64,000 nt of DNA, taken from a virus (lineage: Duplodnaviria > Caudoviricetes). Location: positions 1,058-65,057 of IMG/VR virus record IMGVR_UViG_3300030376_000575. One strand, written 5' to 3'. The position numbers and the translations under genes are program-made. A model generated the notes under the pieces. It did not search any database. It was not told the DNA's origin and saw only the letters and a program-made list of their open reading frames with translations. Of this stretch, positions 62,190 to 64,000 are shown one piece after another. Position 1 is the stretch's first letter. Every line of letters starts with the position of its first letter.

Positions 62190-64000
62190 ATGGCAAGCAC
62201 ATATGTAAATGATTTAAGACTCAACGAGATGGCTACTGGTGACGGTAGTGGAACGTGGGGTACAACAACAAACACTAACTTAGAGCTTATTGCAGAAGGA
62301 TTAAGTTTTGGTACAGAAGCAATAACAACAAATGCAGACACACACACTTCAACTGTAGCTGATGGTGCAACAGACCCTGCTAGGTCAATCTATATTAAAT
62401 ACACTGGAACACTCGATTCAGCTTGTACTATTACAATAGCACCAAACACAATAAGTAGATTACACTTTATCGAGAATGGCACAAGTGGTTCGCAAAATAT
62501 TATAATTTCACAAGGTAGTGGTGCTAACGTAACTATCCCAGCTGGTGATACTAAAGCAGTATACTTAGATGGTGCTGGTAGTGGTGCAGCGGTTGTTGAT
62601 GCTTTTGCCAGTTTAAACGTAGTAGATTTAAAAGTAGAAGATGATTTAACTGTTACAGATGATCTCATAGTTAATGGTGATATAGACCTAGAAGGTTCTA
62701 TTGATGTAAATGGTACAGCTAACCTAGATGTCGTAGACGTTGATGGCGCTGTTAACTTTGCCGCAGACGTAACGTATGCAGATGGTGCAGACATCATCAC
62801 GGCTTCAGCTGGCACATCAAACTTCAGAGCGGGTGTCAACGCGGGTAACTCAATTGAATCAGGGGGTAATTACAATGTCTGCGTAGGTGATGAAGCAGGT
62901 ACTGCGATCACTACTGGTGATTCAAATACGCTTATCGGTTATCTAGCGGGTGACGCTGTAACAACGGTAAGTTATATAACCGCTGTTGGAGAAAAAGCAC
63001 TAAGTGCGAATACTTCTGGACAAAAAAATACGGCAGTAGGTAGAGCAGCTTTACAATCAATAACAACAGTTAATAACAACACCGCAGTAGGTTATAACTG
63101 TTTATCAGGTGGGAGCAACGCTGCTTCTGGAAATACTGGTGTTGGTGCAGATGTATTATCCGCAAACACTTCTGGAGAAAATAACACAGGAGTTGGATTG
63201 GATTCTTTAAAATCAAACACAACTGGTGCTGAGAACGTAGCAGTCGGCACAGAAGCCCTAGAAGCGAATACTACTGGTGGTTCAAATACAGCAATAGGTA
63301 TGAGAGCTATGGAAGCAACTACTACTGGTGGAAATAACACAGCGGTGGGTATCTTTGCTATGGGTGTTAATACTACGGGACAGTTTAATACTGCGGTGGG
63401 TGGAAATTCTTTAGATGCTAATACAACAGGCAGTAATAATTCAGCATTCGGTAGACTAGCGTTAACAGCAAACACAACTGGCTCGCATAATACTGGACTT
63501 GGTTATGAATCATTAAAAGAAAATACAACGGCTTCTTACAACACAGGAATCGGTTATCAAGCGTTAAAGTTAAGCGACACAGGTGCAAATTCTTATAACG
63601 TAGGAGTAGGGGCTAGTGCAGCAACAGCAGCAACTACTGCTCAAGCTGTTACTTGTGTAGGAGGTCGATCAGGTCTTGCACTTACAACTGGAAGTAATAA
63701 TACTTTACTAGGTTATCAAGCTGGAGCTGCAGTAACTACAGGTGCTAGCAACACAGGTGTTGGTACAAATGCTCTGGTAACAAACACCACAGCAACTTAC
63801 AACACGGCAGTCGGTTCTGATGCTTTATATTCAACCACAGTTGGAATATCAAATACAGCAATCGGAAGAAGTGCAGGATATGCTAATACTACTGGAGATG
63901 GTAATACTTTTCTAGGTAAAGATGCTGGTGATAATAGCACTACTGCAAGCTACAATACTTTAATTGGTTTTCGTTCAAGAGCTAATAGTGCTACTGGTTC
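62190..64000 (+). CDS. Tail fibre of the main phage (3' truncated; missing from ORF track)
   Basis: MASTYVNDLRLNEMATGDGSGTWGTTTNTNLELIAE... is open to the window end, with NTAVG/NTTG repeats. Last 117 bp equal 5520-5636, in frame. Confidence 0.9.
   Translation, partial: MASTYVNDLRLNEMATGDGSGTWGTTTNTNLELIAEGLSFGTEAITTNADTHTSTVADGATDPARSIYIKYTGTLDSACTITIAPNTISRLHFIENGTSGSQNIIISQGSGANVTIPAGDTKAVYLDGAGSGAAVVDAFASLNVVDLKVEDDLTVTDDLIVNGDIDLEGSIDVNGTANLDVVDVDGAVNFAADVTYADGADIITASAGTSNFRAGVNAGNSIESGGNYNVCVGDEAGTAITTGDSNTLIGYLAGDAVTTVSYITAVGEKALSANTSGQKNTAVGRAALQSITTVNNNTAVGYNCLSGGSNAASGNTGVGADVLSANTSGENNTGVGLDSLKSNTTGAENVAVGTEALEANTTGGSNTAIGMRAMEATTTGGNNTAVGIFAMGVNTTGQFNTAVGGNSLDANTTGSNNSAFGRLALTANTTGSHNTGLGYESLKENTTASYNTGIGYQALKLSDTGANSYNVGVGASAATAATTAQAVTCVGGRSGLALTTGSNNTLLGYQAGAAVTTGASNTGVGTNALVTNTTATYNTAVGSDALYSTTVGISNTAIGRSAGYANTTGDGNTFLGKDAGDNSTTASYNTLIGFRSRANSATG
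63884..64000 (+). repeat. 117-bp direct repeat, copy 2
   Basis: 116/117 identity to 5520-5636. Confidence 0.95.

Larger units (their letters stand above)
5520..63883. mobile_element. Apparently complete circular/permuted podovirus-like phage genome unit (58,364 bp)
   Basis: Bounded by a 116/117 identical direct repeat. Contains one each of TerL, portal, major capsid, PolA, primase and endolysin. Confidence 0.75.

Noticed and set aside
1-64000. tRNA/tmRNA genes, integrase or att sites, host genes
   Set aside because: No cloverleaf with canonical T-loop and acceptor stem, no recombinase motif and no housekeeping genes were recognised by eye. A tRNAscan/Aragorn run would be needed to be certain.

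Overview
AT-rich marine-type tailed dsDNA phage sequence with podovirus-like gene content. No host housekeeping genes, rRNA, recognisable tRNA, CRISPR array or integrase were found. The last 117 bp (63884-64000) repeat 5520-5636 with one mismatch, so 5520-63883 behaves as one complete circular or permuted phage genome of 58,364 bp. In window order it carries a tail-fibre C-terminus, a lysis region containing a curli-type csgF/csgG/curlin-like/FecR block, a tail nozzle and ejection proteins, a SNF2 helicase, a primase/helicase/PolA replication module with a 5-hydroxymethyluracil DNA-modification cluster, small early genes, a repeat-rich non-coding control region, and then terminase, portal, capsid, neck and tail-fibre genes. 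Bases 1-5519 are a second, T7-like tail module (tubular proteins A/B plus fibre) that appears to come from a different phage and is joined through the shared fibre C-terminus. The most notable items are: (1) an hmU pathway with a 5-hmdU DNA kinase-family protein and a glycosyltransferase but no recognisable amino-acid transferase; (2) a curli secretion block between holin-like genes and spanin/endolysin genes; (3) a mirror-image pair of paralogous basic proteins whose 5' leaders are complementary to the 5' end of the replication-operon transcript; and (4) a shared aromatic/aliphatic-x-x-GG motif in several putative virion-internal proteins. All family assignments come from motif recognition by eye; no database searches were run.
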